Source: a virus
Length of the DNA stretch: 64,000 nt
Strand: one strand, 5' to 3'
Virus record (IMG/VR): IMGVR_UViG_3300036770_008166
Coordinates: 51,247-115,246 of that record
The notes under the pieces were generated by a model. It worked only from the letters and a program-made list of their open reading frames with translations. It ran no database searches and was not told the DNA's origin. Below, piece after piece: positions 19,378 through 31,900 of this stretch. Every line of letters starts with the position of its first letter. The stretch's first letter is position 1. The position numbers and the translations under genes are program-made.

Positions 19378-19406
19378 ATTATATATGGTTTTTTTGGCTA
19401 GGTCAA
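19378..19406 (-). promoter_or_regulatory. Sigma70-type promoter TTGACC-N17-TATAAT for the modification operon
   Basis: Minus strand: TTGACC (19406-19401), 17-nt spacer, TATAAT (19383-19378), then AAGGC and the ATG. Confidence 0.8.
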
Positions 19407-20372
19407 CTAGACTGTGGTGGCTGCCACAGTGGGCGTGCCCCAGGTATTGCTGAGATAGGTGGTACTGGGTGGGAAATAGGTAACGATGGTACAGGGCGCT
19501 GTGCCCGGAGTGGCACCAGATGCGGCTGTTCCACCCGAGATAGCATCTCCGTCTGATGCAGACCAAAGCGTGGTTATCACCAGCTCAGTGGATGCTGCGT
19601 TTTTGGCCAGGCTATGCTGGATGAAGTTTGCGGTATAAGGTGCTGTGTCCGCAAACTGCTTATACACTATGGTGGCCGCAGCACCCGCGGTAAGATCAAA
19701 CCAGCCAGTGGTAGTCAGCAGGATATCAGGTGTGCCAGTACCGCCGATCTTGGTGGTTCCGGTGTAAGTTGTACCTGCGATGGTCTGGCTGTAGTCGCCA
19801 CCGGTGATGTAGATGTCACCACAGAGAGTGTTGGCCAGATCGTTCCATTCAGGATCTCCGACGTCACCAGTGGCTGTTTTGCTCACGTCGATCTTGATGG
19901 TGCCGCCGGCGTTGAAGAAATAACGGGCGGCATCGGCTGAAGCAAAAGTCACGGTGTTGGTAAAAGTGATGGTCCAAGTGGCGCCTGAAGTGGCAGTGGT
20001 CTTGGAGTTGGTACCGGTATAACCAGTGAATTGGCTGCCCTGAGCAGCAGCATTTCCACGATTGTTGTAGCAGTTGGTGATGTCTGTGTTCACAGCAGCC
20101 AGTATGGTTATTGTATCACCTGTGATCGGGGCAGAACGACTGGTGATGGTGGTTCCCTGATGATTAGCCATGGCAGCCACGGTGTTGACCAAGCTGGCCC
20201 ACTGTGTGGCAGTGACTGTGCCTCCGGCAGACACAGTGGCAAGAGCAGTCTGGCCATAGCCTGCGCTGGTGGTGCCGGTGCTCCAGGTAGCATTGATATT
20301 TGCCCCTACCGTGGTACTCACAAAGCCGTTGTAGTCGGTGGCTTCGATTAGGCTGCCTGAAGTGTATGTCAT
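19407..20372 (-). CDS. Thr/Ala-rich virion (tail/baseplate) protein
   Basis: Very Thr/Gly/Ala-rich, at the end of the structural operon; GYGQ...TATQW and ARYFFNAGG motifs seen in large-phage tail proteins. Confidence 0.65.
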   Translation of the reverse strand: MTYTSGSLIEATDYNGFVSTTVGANINATWSTGTTSAGYGQTALATVSAGGTVTATQWASLVNTVAAMANHQGTTITSRSAPITGDTITILAAVNTDITNCYNNRGNAAAQGSQFTGYTGTNSKTTATSGATWTITFTNTVTFASADAARYFFNAGGTIKIDVSKTATGDVGDPEWNDLANTLCGDIYITGGDYSQTIAGTTYTGTTKIGGTGTPDILLTTTGWFDLTAGAAATIVYKQFADTAPYTANFIQHSLAKNAASTELVITTLWSASDGDAISGGTAASGATPGTAPCTIVTYFPPSTTYLSNTWGTPTVAATTV

Positions 20373-20381
20373 GAGTCGCTC

Positions 20382-22184
20382 TTACTTGATAGTTACCACG
20401 GCTTCTACCGGACCCACATCTTCTGCGTGCTTGGATTCCAGTGCTCGACCGATCACGTTGAAAGGAGTGGCTTCGCCTGGTCGTGCAGCACGTGCTATAC
20501 CATCTCCGGCGGAGACCAATCTATCACCTTTGGCAACTGTACCAATGACCTTGACCGGAACCCGGCCTGTCATGGCCACTGGAGGATGCGTATCATCCGC
20601 ACCGGCACCACCATTCATGAGATAGGCAGCCCGGGTGCTGATCACACCAAACACTTCATCGCTGAGTTCTCGGCGGGCACGTGTGATTTCTTGTGTGCCG
20701 CCCAGTTCTACCACTGTGCCTGGCTCCAGATACTCGTCCGCAGCGAAGCGTTCAGCCACGTCAGCGTACAAGGCAGATGTAGAAGTGGCGAATACCCTGT
20801 TGAAATAGTTAGAGGCCGATCCAATGTTGCCCACTGCATTGGCGCCGGTCTTGTCGATGCCGGCCACGGTGACATTGCCCACACTGAACACTGGTCCTGT
20901 TTGAGTGAACACAGCCACGTTTGATACGCCACCGATGGTGATATTGGCGTTGCCACCGGGTGCACCAATGTTGCCTTCTGATGTACCATTGGAGAATTTG
21001 GTCACTGATACAGCAGCACTGAGTCCGGTGAGCTGGCTGCCGTTGCCAATGAAGAAAAACCCTGACCCTGCGGTGATGTTGCCTGCACTGGCTGTTATAC
21101 TACCAGCGGCAGATACGAGTCCAGCTGTGCGTATGTTTCCGCCCTGCACATTGCCAGTGGCACTGATCACGGTGCCGTTAACAGTGGCACCGGTCACATT
21201 AGCCGCTGAGGTAATAGCGCCTGTGGCAGTGACCTGACCGGCCGTGATGATGTTGCCGCCGGTGATGTTGCCTGTGACTCCCAGTGTGGTACCCACTGTG
21301 GCAGCATTGCCTACAGCAAAGGTGCCGTTGCTGCCCAGGGCTTGGGCCACATTGTGTACGGTTCCGCCTACATTGGCTCGGAATACAAGATTGCCGCCGG
21401 ATATGTTGGCCCCAACCAAGGCATCATTGCTGCTCTGAGATACGCTGACTGCATTGGTTGCACCCACAAACAGGCCGGAATTGTTCAACACACTCAACAC
21501 GCCCGTGGTGCTGGTGGTAGTATCGCTGCGCATGAATTGGCTGCTGGCCAGGCTGTTCAAGAACGAAGCGTTGTTGGCAGTGCCTTCGTAGCGTGCACCA
21601 GACACCGAAGAACTCAACGTGATGCCGGGATAAATGGTTGGGAATGCGGCCAGCAGGCTGACCTGTGGTACGAATTGCGCTTCTTTGGAAACCATGCCCA
21701 CTCTGATGTTGTCCACATAGAGGCTGGTCACTTCCTTGTCGGCTCCAACTGAGTCTTGTATGGTCTCGGGTATAGCACCGCTGACGCCTTGGCTGGCACT
21801 GTAGGCAGGGCCAATCACTATGAATGCGGCTCCGGTCCAGGCCTTGAGCTGTTGATTGGTGGTGTCATACCAAAGATCACCTGTGACGTTGGATGTGGGC
21901 GCTGATGCTGACGCTGTAGCAGCTGAAATTGTCTTGAATGTGGAACCGTTGTAGACTTTGAGCAGACCATTGGCCTTGTCCCACCAGAGCTGGCCGGTCA
22001 AGGGTGCGGGCGGTGCTGTGTTGTTGGAGCTGTTTTCCAGCAGATGTATGAAGTTGGTATCAAGGAAGTCACCATAACCTGCGTAGTTTTTACCTATCAA
22101 GGTCATGGAACTGCTGGTGTTGACAGTGCCATCTGCCACAGTAGCAAAAACTGTGCCGTCGGTCAGTGTGATCGTATATGCCAT
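20382..22184 (-). CDS. Tail fibre/short fibre with beta-helical TGN repeats and C-terminal chaperone-like domain
   Basis: N-terminal GKNYAGYG...NFIHLLEN...GQLWWD anchor; GNITGGNI repeats; C-terminal YADVAERF...PGTVV...GVIST...GRVPVKV...KGDRLVS. Confidence 0.8.
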   Translation of the reverse strand: MAYTITLTDGTVFATVADGTVNTSSSMTLIGKNYAGYGDFLDTNFIHLLENSSNNTAPPAPLTGQLWWDKANGLLKVYNGSTFKTISAATASASAPTSNVTGDLWYDTTNQQLKAWTGAAFIVIGPAYSASQGVSGAIPETIQDSVGADKEVTSLYVDNIRVGMVSKEAQFVPQVSLLAAFPTIYPGITLSSSVSGARYEGTANNASFLNSLASSQFMRSDTTTSTTGVLSVLNNSGLFVGATNAVSVSQSSNDALVGANISGGNLVFRANVGGTVHNVAQALGSNGTFAVGNAATVGTTLGVTGNITGGNIITAGQVTATGAITSAANVTGATVNGTVISATGNVQGGNIRTAGLVSAAGSITASAGNITAGSGFFFIGNGSQLTGLSAAVSVTKFSNGTSEGNIGAPGGNANITIGGVSNVAVFTQTGPVFSVGNVTVAGIDKTGANAVGNIGSASNYFNRVFATSTSALYADVAERFAADEYLEPGTVVELGGTQEITRARRELSDEVFGVISTRAAYLMNGGAGADDTHPPVAMTGRVPVKVIGTVAKGDRLVSAGDGIARAARPGEATPFNVIGRALESKHAEDVGPVEAVVTIK

Positions 22185-22210
22185 ATCGGTTTACCTATTC
22201 CTGTGTTGCG

Positions 22211-22218
22211 TATTTATA
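22211..22218 (-). promoter_or_regulatory. T4-type late promoter TATAAATA
   Basis: Exact T4 late consensus, 26 nt upstream of the fibre gene start; overlaps the previous stop codon. Confidence 0.75.
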
Positions 22219-22819
22219 CAGCATTGATGTTGCTCAGCGTTTGGATGCGCAGAGTGTAGTCAATCTGTATCTGCCTGTTGAGGCTCTTTTGTACCGGGTG
22301 GAAGATCACATGTGTGATCAGGCGCAGATCTGTGACGCTGCCGTTCCAGGCCTTTAGGCCCAGCTCGTCAAACACAAATTCACCGTTGAAATTGGTTGAA
22401 TTGTCAAAGGCCTGCTGCTGCGGAGGTTCTCCGTAGTCCAACAGGCACTGCACCAGGATGTCAGTGTAGACTGTGCCCGATGTGTGCAGCACAGTCATTT
22501 TATTGTTGAGCGGATCTGTGTCTGCGGCCGAATTATCGTTGACCACTTTGGCATAGGTTTCGTTGTAGAGATCCGCGTTCTGACCAGTGGTATTGGGTGG
22601 CAGATACGTGATCACACCAGTGGGATCAACCGAACTTCCGCCGTTGCCGAACGCCATTTCGTAGATGTAGCCCACATTGCGATCGCCGAGAGTCTGTGCC
22701 AGCGCGATGCTCATGTTTTCGTAGTGTATGGCATTTTTTTTGTCTACCAGCACTTCACCGGTGTTTGGGTCGTGGATGCGCACGAAACCCTCTATCTTGC
22801 ACAGTCCTGGCAGGATCAT
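22214..22819 (-). CDS. Baseplate/tail structural protein
   Basis: 201 aa between the giant baseplate protein and the fibre; FVFDELGL and THVIFHPVQKS motifs. Confidence 0.65.
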   Translation of the reverse strand: MILPGLCKIEGFVRIHDPNTGEVLVDKKNAIHYENMSIALAQTLGDRNVGYIYEMAFGNGGSSVDPTGVITYLPPNTTGQNADLYNETYAKVVNDNSAADTDPLNNKMTVLHTSGTVYTDILVQCLLDYGEPPQQQAFDNSTNFNGEFVFDELGLKAWNGSVTDLRLITHVIFHPVQKSLNRQIQIDYTLRIQTLSNINAV

Positions 22820-22965
22820 GCCCGACCCTCCACGATGGTGCGCTGGGTCTTGGGGTCAAAAATGCGGAAATGCGCTTGCACAGCGATCACACCCGCGTCG
22901 TTGGGGCGTGCCTGTGGTGACCCGGCCGGGCTGTTAGGGTGTTGACTAGGTTGTTGATGTGCCAT
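22816..22965 (-). CDS. 49-aa protein resembling the N-terminus of the next gene
   Basis: MAHQQPSQHPNSPAGSPQARPNDAGVIAVQAHFRIFDPKTQRTIVEGRA; ATGA overlap with 22819; TAAATA 7 nt upstream. Not in the ORF track. Confidence 0.7.
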   Translation of the reverse strand: MAHQQPSQHPNSPAGSPQARPNDAGVIAVQAHFRIFDPKTQRTIVEGRA

Positions 22966-22972
22966 GATCGTT

Positions 22973-22980
22973 TATTTATC
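22973..22980 (-). promoter_or_regulatory. Late promoter-like GATAAATA
   Basis: TAAATA core in a short intergenic gap, 7 nt before the ATG at 22965. Confidence 0.6.
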
Positions 22981-22985
22981 CTGCG

Positions 22986-25900
22986 TTATCTGTCGGTCAA
23001 GAACCTGGCTGCTGCGCTTGGATTTTCTTGCAAGGCCTGCTCTCGTTCAGCCTGGGTCCTGATATCATACCACCAAAGGCCGCGGCGCTGCAATATGGTG
23101 ACTTCCACTCCCGATGGTGGAGCCAAATCTGGATCCACTGGGCTGTCATCTGTGATGAATTCCACAGCCAGCGGCCCAAAATCTGTCACGATCCAGGGGT
23201 ATTCGCTCACAGTGCCGGAACCGAATCTGTACTGTCTCACACCACCCACAAATACCTCGATGCTGTCTACATAGGTAGTGCTGCTGTCTCCGTAGTCAGT
23301 GATATCAATGCTGGGCGCATAGAATATGGTGGTGCTGCCATCGCCCACAGATGCGTCGCTAACGACCTGATCTTGATATGCACCATTCAAGAGATTGCCG
23401 TTGCCGATGTTGTACACCGTGGAGCCTGTGGCATGGTCCGCGATGGCAGTTCCAGATGCTCCCCTGCGCAGGCCAGACAGCGTGTTGGTTGCCTGGTCTC
23501 GCACACGATAGGTTATGCGTTCTGCACCAATGGTGATCTGACCGAACACGCCCACACTCAGCTGTGGTTCGGTCATGCCTAACACGGACACAACATGGAT
23601 CACATCATCTGAGATGCTCAAAGGTTGTGTGAGCTGGGTAGTGGTGGCCGCTGTCATACGATAAGTGGCCTGTAGGCCTCGCATGTCCTGGAATATACGG
23701 AAAGCAGCTGCCTCGGGCACTATGGAAGGGGTAAATTCTGTCACCACCAAGATCTGATCGCTGGCGATGGCACCAGAGGCCAACACCAGCTCTGTGCCTA
23801 CCACGGTGAAATCCTGGCCTTCATACTTTCGCAAACCATCCAACGTGACCAACAAGCGGTTGGCCGTGATGTCAGATCTGCCTAGATCGAATCGATTTTG
23901 TGTGGTGACAGTTGCGGTACTGAAGTCAAAAGAGCCCGGCGTGTTGTTGGTGTTGGCCGCATCAAAAGGCTGGCTGTCGTAGGGTTCCACGATGGGGAAA
24001 GAAGTCTGCACCGGCCCGTAGAACACCAAGGTCACGATGTCTTGCTCTGCGGTGTCGTTCCAAGTGGTCACTGCGTAAAGATCACCCAGATTGGGTCGAG
24101 TCACCAATACCAAATCATTGCCCACGATGTTGTAGTCGGCTTCGGTAGACACTGTGATCAAGATACGGGCACCCGGCGTGGGAGGTTCGGTGAACACAAC
24201 CTGGCGTCCAGGTGTATTGCTGCCCGTCCAAGGTGTCACGCTGTAATCGCCGATAAATGCTCCAATGCTCTGGGTCTGCAGCACATCATCCACCCAGACC
24301 TGGATGTCGGTTATGGCATTGATCGAGCTCTGCAAGAAGGATTCACCAAGACGCTGGGGTAATCCATATGAAACATTGAGGGTGCTGTCGTCCTGAGGTT
24401 CATCGTCTGCCCGCCACTGTATGCCTGCCGGAGGTGTCAGTCTCTCGCCATTGCGTGTGACGATCATGTTGGCAGGATTGGTGCCGCCGATGTAGTTTGA
24501 CAGTTCAAAACCAAAGTTGGTCACAGTGGCAGCAGTGGCCACATGATACTGGCGCTGCGGTGTGCTCCAAGAGTAGACACTGGTGGCTGTGCCAGATCCC
24601 GAACCGGGTCCAGTGGCCACAAATGATTCGCCCACTGTGTTGGTAGCAGCGCCTACAGCAGTAAAATCTGTGTTGCCCAAGCTCTCTATGGTGTAACTGC
24701 GTCCGGTGACGAAATCTCCCGCGGTAGTGGTCTGGGCACCCAACACTACCACAGCGATGCCATCTGTGGCTGCAGGCGGCAGCGCCATGATCACTTCGCT
24801 CTGTAAGGTGGGCACAAAGTTCAGCCAATAGGCCGTGTCTGTGATGACTTCTCCGGCGGGCACGGCCTGGACGGATCTGTAATACTGACCTGCGTTGTTG
24901 ACCACGGTGTTGCGTGGATAGGCCACCAAGATATTCCAGGCCACAGAATCGATGTAAGGCTGCCAGGTAGCCGGGGTGATCACTTCTTCACCGTTCTGCA
25001 GTATGGCCACTGACTGTATCTGTTCGGCATCCACGGGTACCAGGAACCTACCTGTGGGTATTTGGCTGCCCACGTAGTTGGCACGGTACAGCTGGCTTCC
25101 ACCGCCTAACTCGAACGCTATCACATTCACCAGATCGCCATCCAGAACACCGGCTCCAGCGATGATGTCCACGGTCTGCGCTGTCCAGTCTATGGTATAG
25201 TCTACATCCAAGGCCAAGGCCAGGCCAGTGGTCTGATTGCTGACCAAGACCTGTGCTGGAAATTCCACCAGATTGGCAAAACTGATGGATGACGCCAAGA
25301 TAGCATCATACACTGCGTTCACCGCTGACAGCTGGAATCCGTGACCATCCAACTGCCAGTCTGAACCTGGTCTGGTAAACACGCGTATGTCTACAGTGTC
25401 GTATTCGCTGCCGTTGACCAGTTCTTCGGGTGCATGCCCTTCATAGGGTCCGATGAATTCGCCTCCGTTCACGTTGATGTCAGACACCCTGGTGCCCAAC
25501 AGTTGATCAGTGAAGCTGCTGCGATAGTCTGCATCCAACAACAGATCATAGTAGTAGATCTGCCAGTATTCCTGATCGGTGGGCAGGCGTGCCGGTGGTA
25601 CTTCGCGCAGACTGAGATAGTACGAACCCAGATACAGCACTATGGCACGCGCAGGATAGCTGTTGGCCGGATCGTAAGCGGGTGCATTAATGGGAGCGAA
25701 ATGACGGCCAAAGACCTGTACTCCAGGATAATCCACGCCGGTGATCAGTTGTGCCAGCTCCAGGCCTGGTGAATTCACACCTGGCTGATACAGTCCCATG
25801 GTGCGATCTGGGCCTGTGATATAAGGAGTTATGGGCAGGCCTGTGTCAGGATTGATGGCCAATTCATAGTAGTTTTCCTGTGCATTGAAAGCCAATACCA

Positions 25901-28900
25901 GCTGAGCCGGGTCTACCAAGGTCCAATCCTCTAGGCTGAATTCCGGACCGATCACAGCGCTGCTGCCGTCCGCACTGTCGGCGCGCCAGATCTGATCTAG
26001 ATAACGGGCCAAGGTGCCATTGATATAGAGCTGATCTGGACTCCATTCCTGTATCAAGGACAGATACTGTATGCGATCGTAGCGCATAGTGGTGCGGAAT
26101 TGTCGGATCACTGCATTGCTGAGACGCGCATAGGCGGCTGCACCCGAGCCGTTGCCGCCCGTGAACGTTATCACAGGGCTGTCACGATAGCCAGATCCTG
26201 TGGATGTCACGTTGACCGCTATCACTTGACCACTGCTGTTGATCACGGCCACTGCCGTGGCCGGTACCGTGGCGTCGCCGGTGATCGAAACCACCGGCGC
26301 TTCGGTATAGCCCGATCCACCGCTGGTCACGGCTATGGTATCTAGATCCAGCAGATAGTTGTTGAACCACTGGGTATAGGGCCAGGTCTGCCATACTGAG
26401 GATGTGGCAGGTGTGTCGCTGAGGTTGTTGCTGACCTGTGCAGTGCCGGCCTCATAGGGCAGCAAGATAGGGCTGGTAAACTGCGGTACCGTGAGACTGG
26501 TATTGAAATAGGCCGGCACATCAAAGTCAGTGACATCGCCTTGATACTGGTCAAATCCAAAATATTTGAGATTGAATTCACGAATCTGTACATGATAGGG
26601 CTTGACTTCCTGGATGTAGTCCAGCACGAATTCTTGGTTGTCTCTCACGAAATTCTGGAACGGAAACAGTTCACGTATGCGATGGTCAACGTCTATCAAG
26701 CTGGTTTTTACCAACCATTCTGGCGCAGCAAATTCTGTGAGCACATAATTGAAAGTCAGGGTCAGCAGGCGATTGCGTTCTATCAACAGGTCATCGATAA
26801 AGATCTCCTGATTGAGAGCCTGCAGTATGCGACGCGTTTCTGTGGTGGGTTCTGCATCAAAATACTGCAGATCAAACACTTCGGTGTCAAAACCAAACAC
26901 GTTGGTACCGTTGCCGCCAAAACTGTAGTCGTAGATCACGGGCGATATCTCGATGGTACCTTGTTCCAATCCTACCCTTTGCCAACCAGTGTCGGTGCGC
27001 AGATAGATTTCAAACCGGCCCTGCGCGTTGGCCGTGACCTTGACGCTGCTGCCGGTGGGCACAGTGATGGTTTCCAGGCTGGCAACATTGGGCACTTCCA
27101 GCACAGGTTTGATCGATGAGTTGTAGCCGGGTTGATACCAGTCAATGAAGTCCCAATAAAACGGTGTATAGTAGTTCTGCACCTTGGTCAGCGTGAGCAC
27201 ACGATTGCCGGGCACAGAGCCGGAATCCACAGTGTAGATGGTCCACAGTCCACGCTGGCTGCTGTCCGACTCTACCAGATAACGATAGCCCAGCGGCACG
27301 GCATAGATGTCCTGGAAACCCAGGATCTCGAGATTGGCCACCCTTTGGTTCCATTCGCCCGAGCTGGCAGTGGGTTCAGGATCGGTGCTGTTCAACAAGG
27401 CCAGAGAACGCGTCTCAGTGATGGGATAGCGTCGCATCACTTCGTTGGCCCTGGTGATATAGTTGCGCAAGGCAGCAAATCGATCAGTGAACATGCTCTG
27501 GCGAGGCCGGAACTGCACCCCATATCTTTCAGCCGGACTCAGACCAAGATCAGGCACTCGGTTGCCCGCGGTGTCGAATCCAGTGAAACTGTCCAGCAGC
27601 TTGCGATAGAGATTGTCACTGAGGAATCCGTCGGCGCGATCCTGCGGTATCAGTTCGTATTCCACATGCACATTGTCGCTGTTGAGTTCGCGATCAAATT
27701 CTATGTGCAGCACAGTGTCCTGTGCTTCGATCAAGGTCTCGCAGTTGTAGATGGCCACAGTGCTGGCGTTCAATGGAGCCAGGTAAGCGATACCGGTGGA
27801 TCTTGGATCTTGGATGTAGCGAGCCACAGTGTCCACGCTGAGGGTTTTTCCTTGCCGGGTTGCCACGGTGGTGAGACCTCGCACCCAGAAGAAATATCTG
27901 GTCAGGAACGTGCCCTCTTGGCTCAGCAGGGTTTTGACACTGAAACTTACGGTGCTGAAAGGCGTTCCGGGACCGGTGTATTCTGCCGGAGATTGATCGC
28001 TTTCGATCCACTGGTACACATCTATGCTGCTGCCGGGGAACACCTGGCCCCAGCGTCGCGCTGTATAGGTGATGTTGTCTTGATTGGGATCAATGAACCG
28101 CACACTGGAAGTATCCCACCAGACTTGTCCAACATTTGTTTCGGACCAGGTAGTGCCCAACAACCTGGCGGGTCCTGCGTTGTATGAAGCAGGATCTACG
28201 CTGCCGATGTAGTCAATGTTCTGGCGCGCAGCGCCCAGGATCTTGCCCTGCAGCGGATTGAAAAAGTCCAGGAATTCTGTCGTGGCCGAGGTCACACGAT
28301 CGTACAAGAAAACAGAATTCAGCAGCCGTATGTCCACTGTGTCCTGCTGTACATAGATAGGCACCCAGGCCGCTGACCTAGACGCATTCTCGAAAATGTA
28401 TACCTGGCCAAAATCTGCCTGTTGCGAATCACCGATGTCGCTGCCCGGCGCACCCACCCACAGCAGACCATCTCGGTAGTCTAGCGCGGTGCCAAATTCT
28501 GCGAGATAATCCACGCTGTTCACGAAGATCTGCTGCGCGAAAACCAGCTGTGCTGGATTGGTAATACCTGGTGCCACACTGCCGGCGAGATTGAACACAT
28601 AGACCACGCCGCTCTGATCTATGTCAGTAAAGAATTCTGTGGCGCCCAGATCGAAAACAGTGGTGCCGTCGTCGAAGATCTGGATGATGTACATGGTGCC
28701 GGCGGGCGTTCCCACTGCCAGTTCGCTGGCATCCGAGGACACCGAAAGGCTTGAACCAAAAGCCGCATATTCTCTGGCATAGGGACTCTGCACAGTCTGT
28801 GTGAAATAGTAAACTTCAAAGCCGAGATCGTAGAATGCGGTGCCTTGGCTGCCGGGCAGTACCTGCAGTTTGTTGAAAGGCTCAGCGGCTGACACATTGG

Positions 28901-31900
28901 TCACGCTGAGCTGCAGGAGACCGTCGATCACGCTGGCAGTCACATTGGGCACATCTTCGTTGATCACGGCGGCCAGGCCAGCCACAGTATTCGATGGCGC
29001 AGCGGGCACTGCTACATCAATATCATTGATGCGTATGGTATCGCCTGCGCCAAGACTGGACACCGACACAGTGGAACGGATCACACCGTACAGCCTGGCT
29101 TGATTGACATGCCTTTCGATCACACCACCTTTGTAGATCTGGAGACTGCTCTGCGGCGCTGCGATGTAGAGGCTGCAGTTATTGGGGCAGATCTCCAAGG
29201 CCTGTCCAAAGTTGCTAAATTCAGCTGGCACGTCCTGCTCTATGGTCTGGATCGGTCTGAACTGATTGGTTTCGATCTCGATCACGTCACCGATCGAGAG
29301 ATCGGTGTTCAAGGTCACGATGTTGCCATTTACACTGAATGTTTCCGGAGCATTAATCAAACTGTCCTGTTCGTTCACCAGGAATCTGCTGTTCACGGAC
29401 ACAGACACCGGCTCAGTCACGGAACCTAGCACAGTGAACTGCACTGAGCTGTCGGAATTGGGATGCTGACCATACACGAATTTCTGCACATTCCTGTCAA
29501 ACACATACACTGTACCGGCTTCTGTCTCACCGTTGACTATGCGATTCGGTGTGCCAATCATGACCTGGCGACCATCAGTAGTGCAGCTCACCATGGTACC
29601 AAAGGCAGCATCACTGGCCAGACCTGCCACTGTTATGTCGGTGACCTGCTGCCAATATGCCTGGGCGCGCACCAAGATCTCAGAACCGATGGGCGGAACC
29701 GTGATAAAAGTGAGATCTTGTCCCACCGAAGAATCGTCCGCATTGAAATCGTAATCGATATTGGGCCTGTAGAGTTCGCCGTCGACCACTACAGAAAAAC
29801 TGTCAATGGATCCCAAGGTAAAGAAATATTCATTGAGAGACCAAGTGTTGATCAAGGGCGGTGGATCGTACAGCACAGAAGCGCCTAATATTCCTGATAT
29901 CACGCCGGTCGTGGCCGTGACGTCAAATACCAAATCATTGGCAGGAGTGGTGCCATTGGGCCATATGTCATCACCTGCTATGGTCAGCGTTTCGCCGTTG
30001 ACATAACCAGTACCGCCGGCCTGCACTTCCACAGACACTGTGCCGCGCCGGCGTGTCACAGTAAACAGTGCACCTGTTCCAGATCCTCCTGTGGCCGTGA
30101 CGTCCAAATAGATTTCACTGTCTAGATTGACCTGCTTGATGCGCTGAATGATCACAGCCGATGCTGCTGCAGGTGCCGACACAAAAGTCACGGTTCCAAA
30201 ACTGCTGTCCACAGTGTAATCCGTGCCCAATGTCTGCAGTTGTCCATCCACAGTCACCGATATCTGCGTGGCTTCGTCAATCTGTATGCTGTTGTTGATC
30301 ACGAACTGGGTAGTAATACCGTCTCCGGTGGCTTGGACCACTTGATCTTCATAATTCACCCGACCATAGGCGTAGACCCGGTTGGCTCCTGGTGCACCCA
30401 CGTACAACCATCTTTCGTCTTCGCTCATGGCTACACTGCGACCAAATTCAGCAGCACCTGCTGTGACTCCTCCAGGATTGGTCAGCAGCTGCCAGTTGCT
30501 GTAAGGATTGGTGTTGGGTAGGTAGCTGGCAGTGTCTCGGTAAATCACTGACACATAACCTGTGCTGCTGTTGGTGTCTATGCCCAGTGCAGTGCCCGAC
30601 CCAGTGCCTGGGCCCGACGCTGTGAATTGCACACCCACCTCCATGCCAAATATGGTCGTGCTTCCTACAGTCTGGCTGGGATAGACATGATATGTTCCGG
30701 TGAGACCTGTGCCTGACACAAATTTGGTAATATAGGTTCCTGCTGTGACTCCTGACCCCGACAGCACTGTGCCCAGCGACAACGATCCTGATGTGATACC
30801 AGTGACTGTGAGCGTGGAGCTCGCGATGGAACCAGTAACTTCTGCTGTGGGTGCAGCTCCTATGGCTGCAAAGTCAGTGGTGCCCACTGACTGTACGATG
30901 TAATCGGCACCGGGCACAAAATTGCCGGCGAAAGTGACACCCAGACTGAAATCCGCACCTGCCGCAGCCCAGTCTTGATAACCAAAGGTCACGGCATTAC
31001 CAAAGTTCCTGGTGCCCAGATTTGCCAGTTTCAGGATGGCATCTGCTTGATTTACAGGGCTCACAGGATCATATTGCTGTGTGTCTGATCGAACATAGGT
31101 GTACACCGCTCCCTGTCTCACAGGCTCAGTGTCACGGAAATAGCTGGGACTGCCTACCAAGGCTGCAAATCTATTGGCAGCTTGTGCTACGCTGCTACCA
31201 AAGGTCTGGGTAGCATCAGGATCTCTGGGTTCTAAGGTCAGCAGCGCATCGTACACGGCCTGTTTTTCCAGCACCGTCCATCTGCCATCACCGCGATCGT
31301 CGATCCAGACTCTGGCACCGGGGCCCAGCTGATTGGCATAAGGCAGATCAACGATGTCGCTGAACTGGGCCACACGCATGGTTTCCAGCGTAAGACCAAT
31401 GCCCACACCATTGGCCACGGTTCGATCACCGCTAAAACTGAATGCGATGGTGACCTTGGTCAGAGAAGGAACAGTAAGCACTTCATACACTCCGTTCACT
31501 TCCGAATCAAAACCCTTGATGATCAACTTGTCGCCTGCAGACAATCCATGCTGTTGGGTGAAAATCACCAGGCTGGTGCCGTTGAGGTTGTCGCAAACAT
31601 GATTGATGAATCCTGGCACAGCATCTGCACGGTATATGTTCCAGTCATATTCATTGACTCTGGCAGCCCAAATAGTGGTGTCCACTTCAATGTCGTCTAT
31701 GACATCGTTGAGAACGCCGGGTTCGTTGATGTCAAACACCGTGACGTCAGCGTCTTCTATGTTCACATAACCCGCGGTAGGCAAAGAAATGTCTGTGGGC
31801 AGTTCATTGGTCACAGGCAGTATGTCTGGCGAATTGATGCGGAAACTTTCGCGCCAGATATCACTGACCAACACTGTCTGATCTGCCTGGCTGGTCTGCT

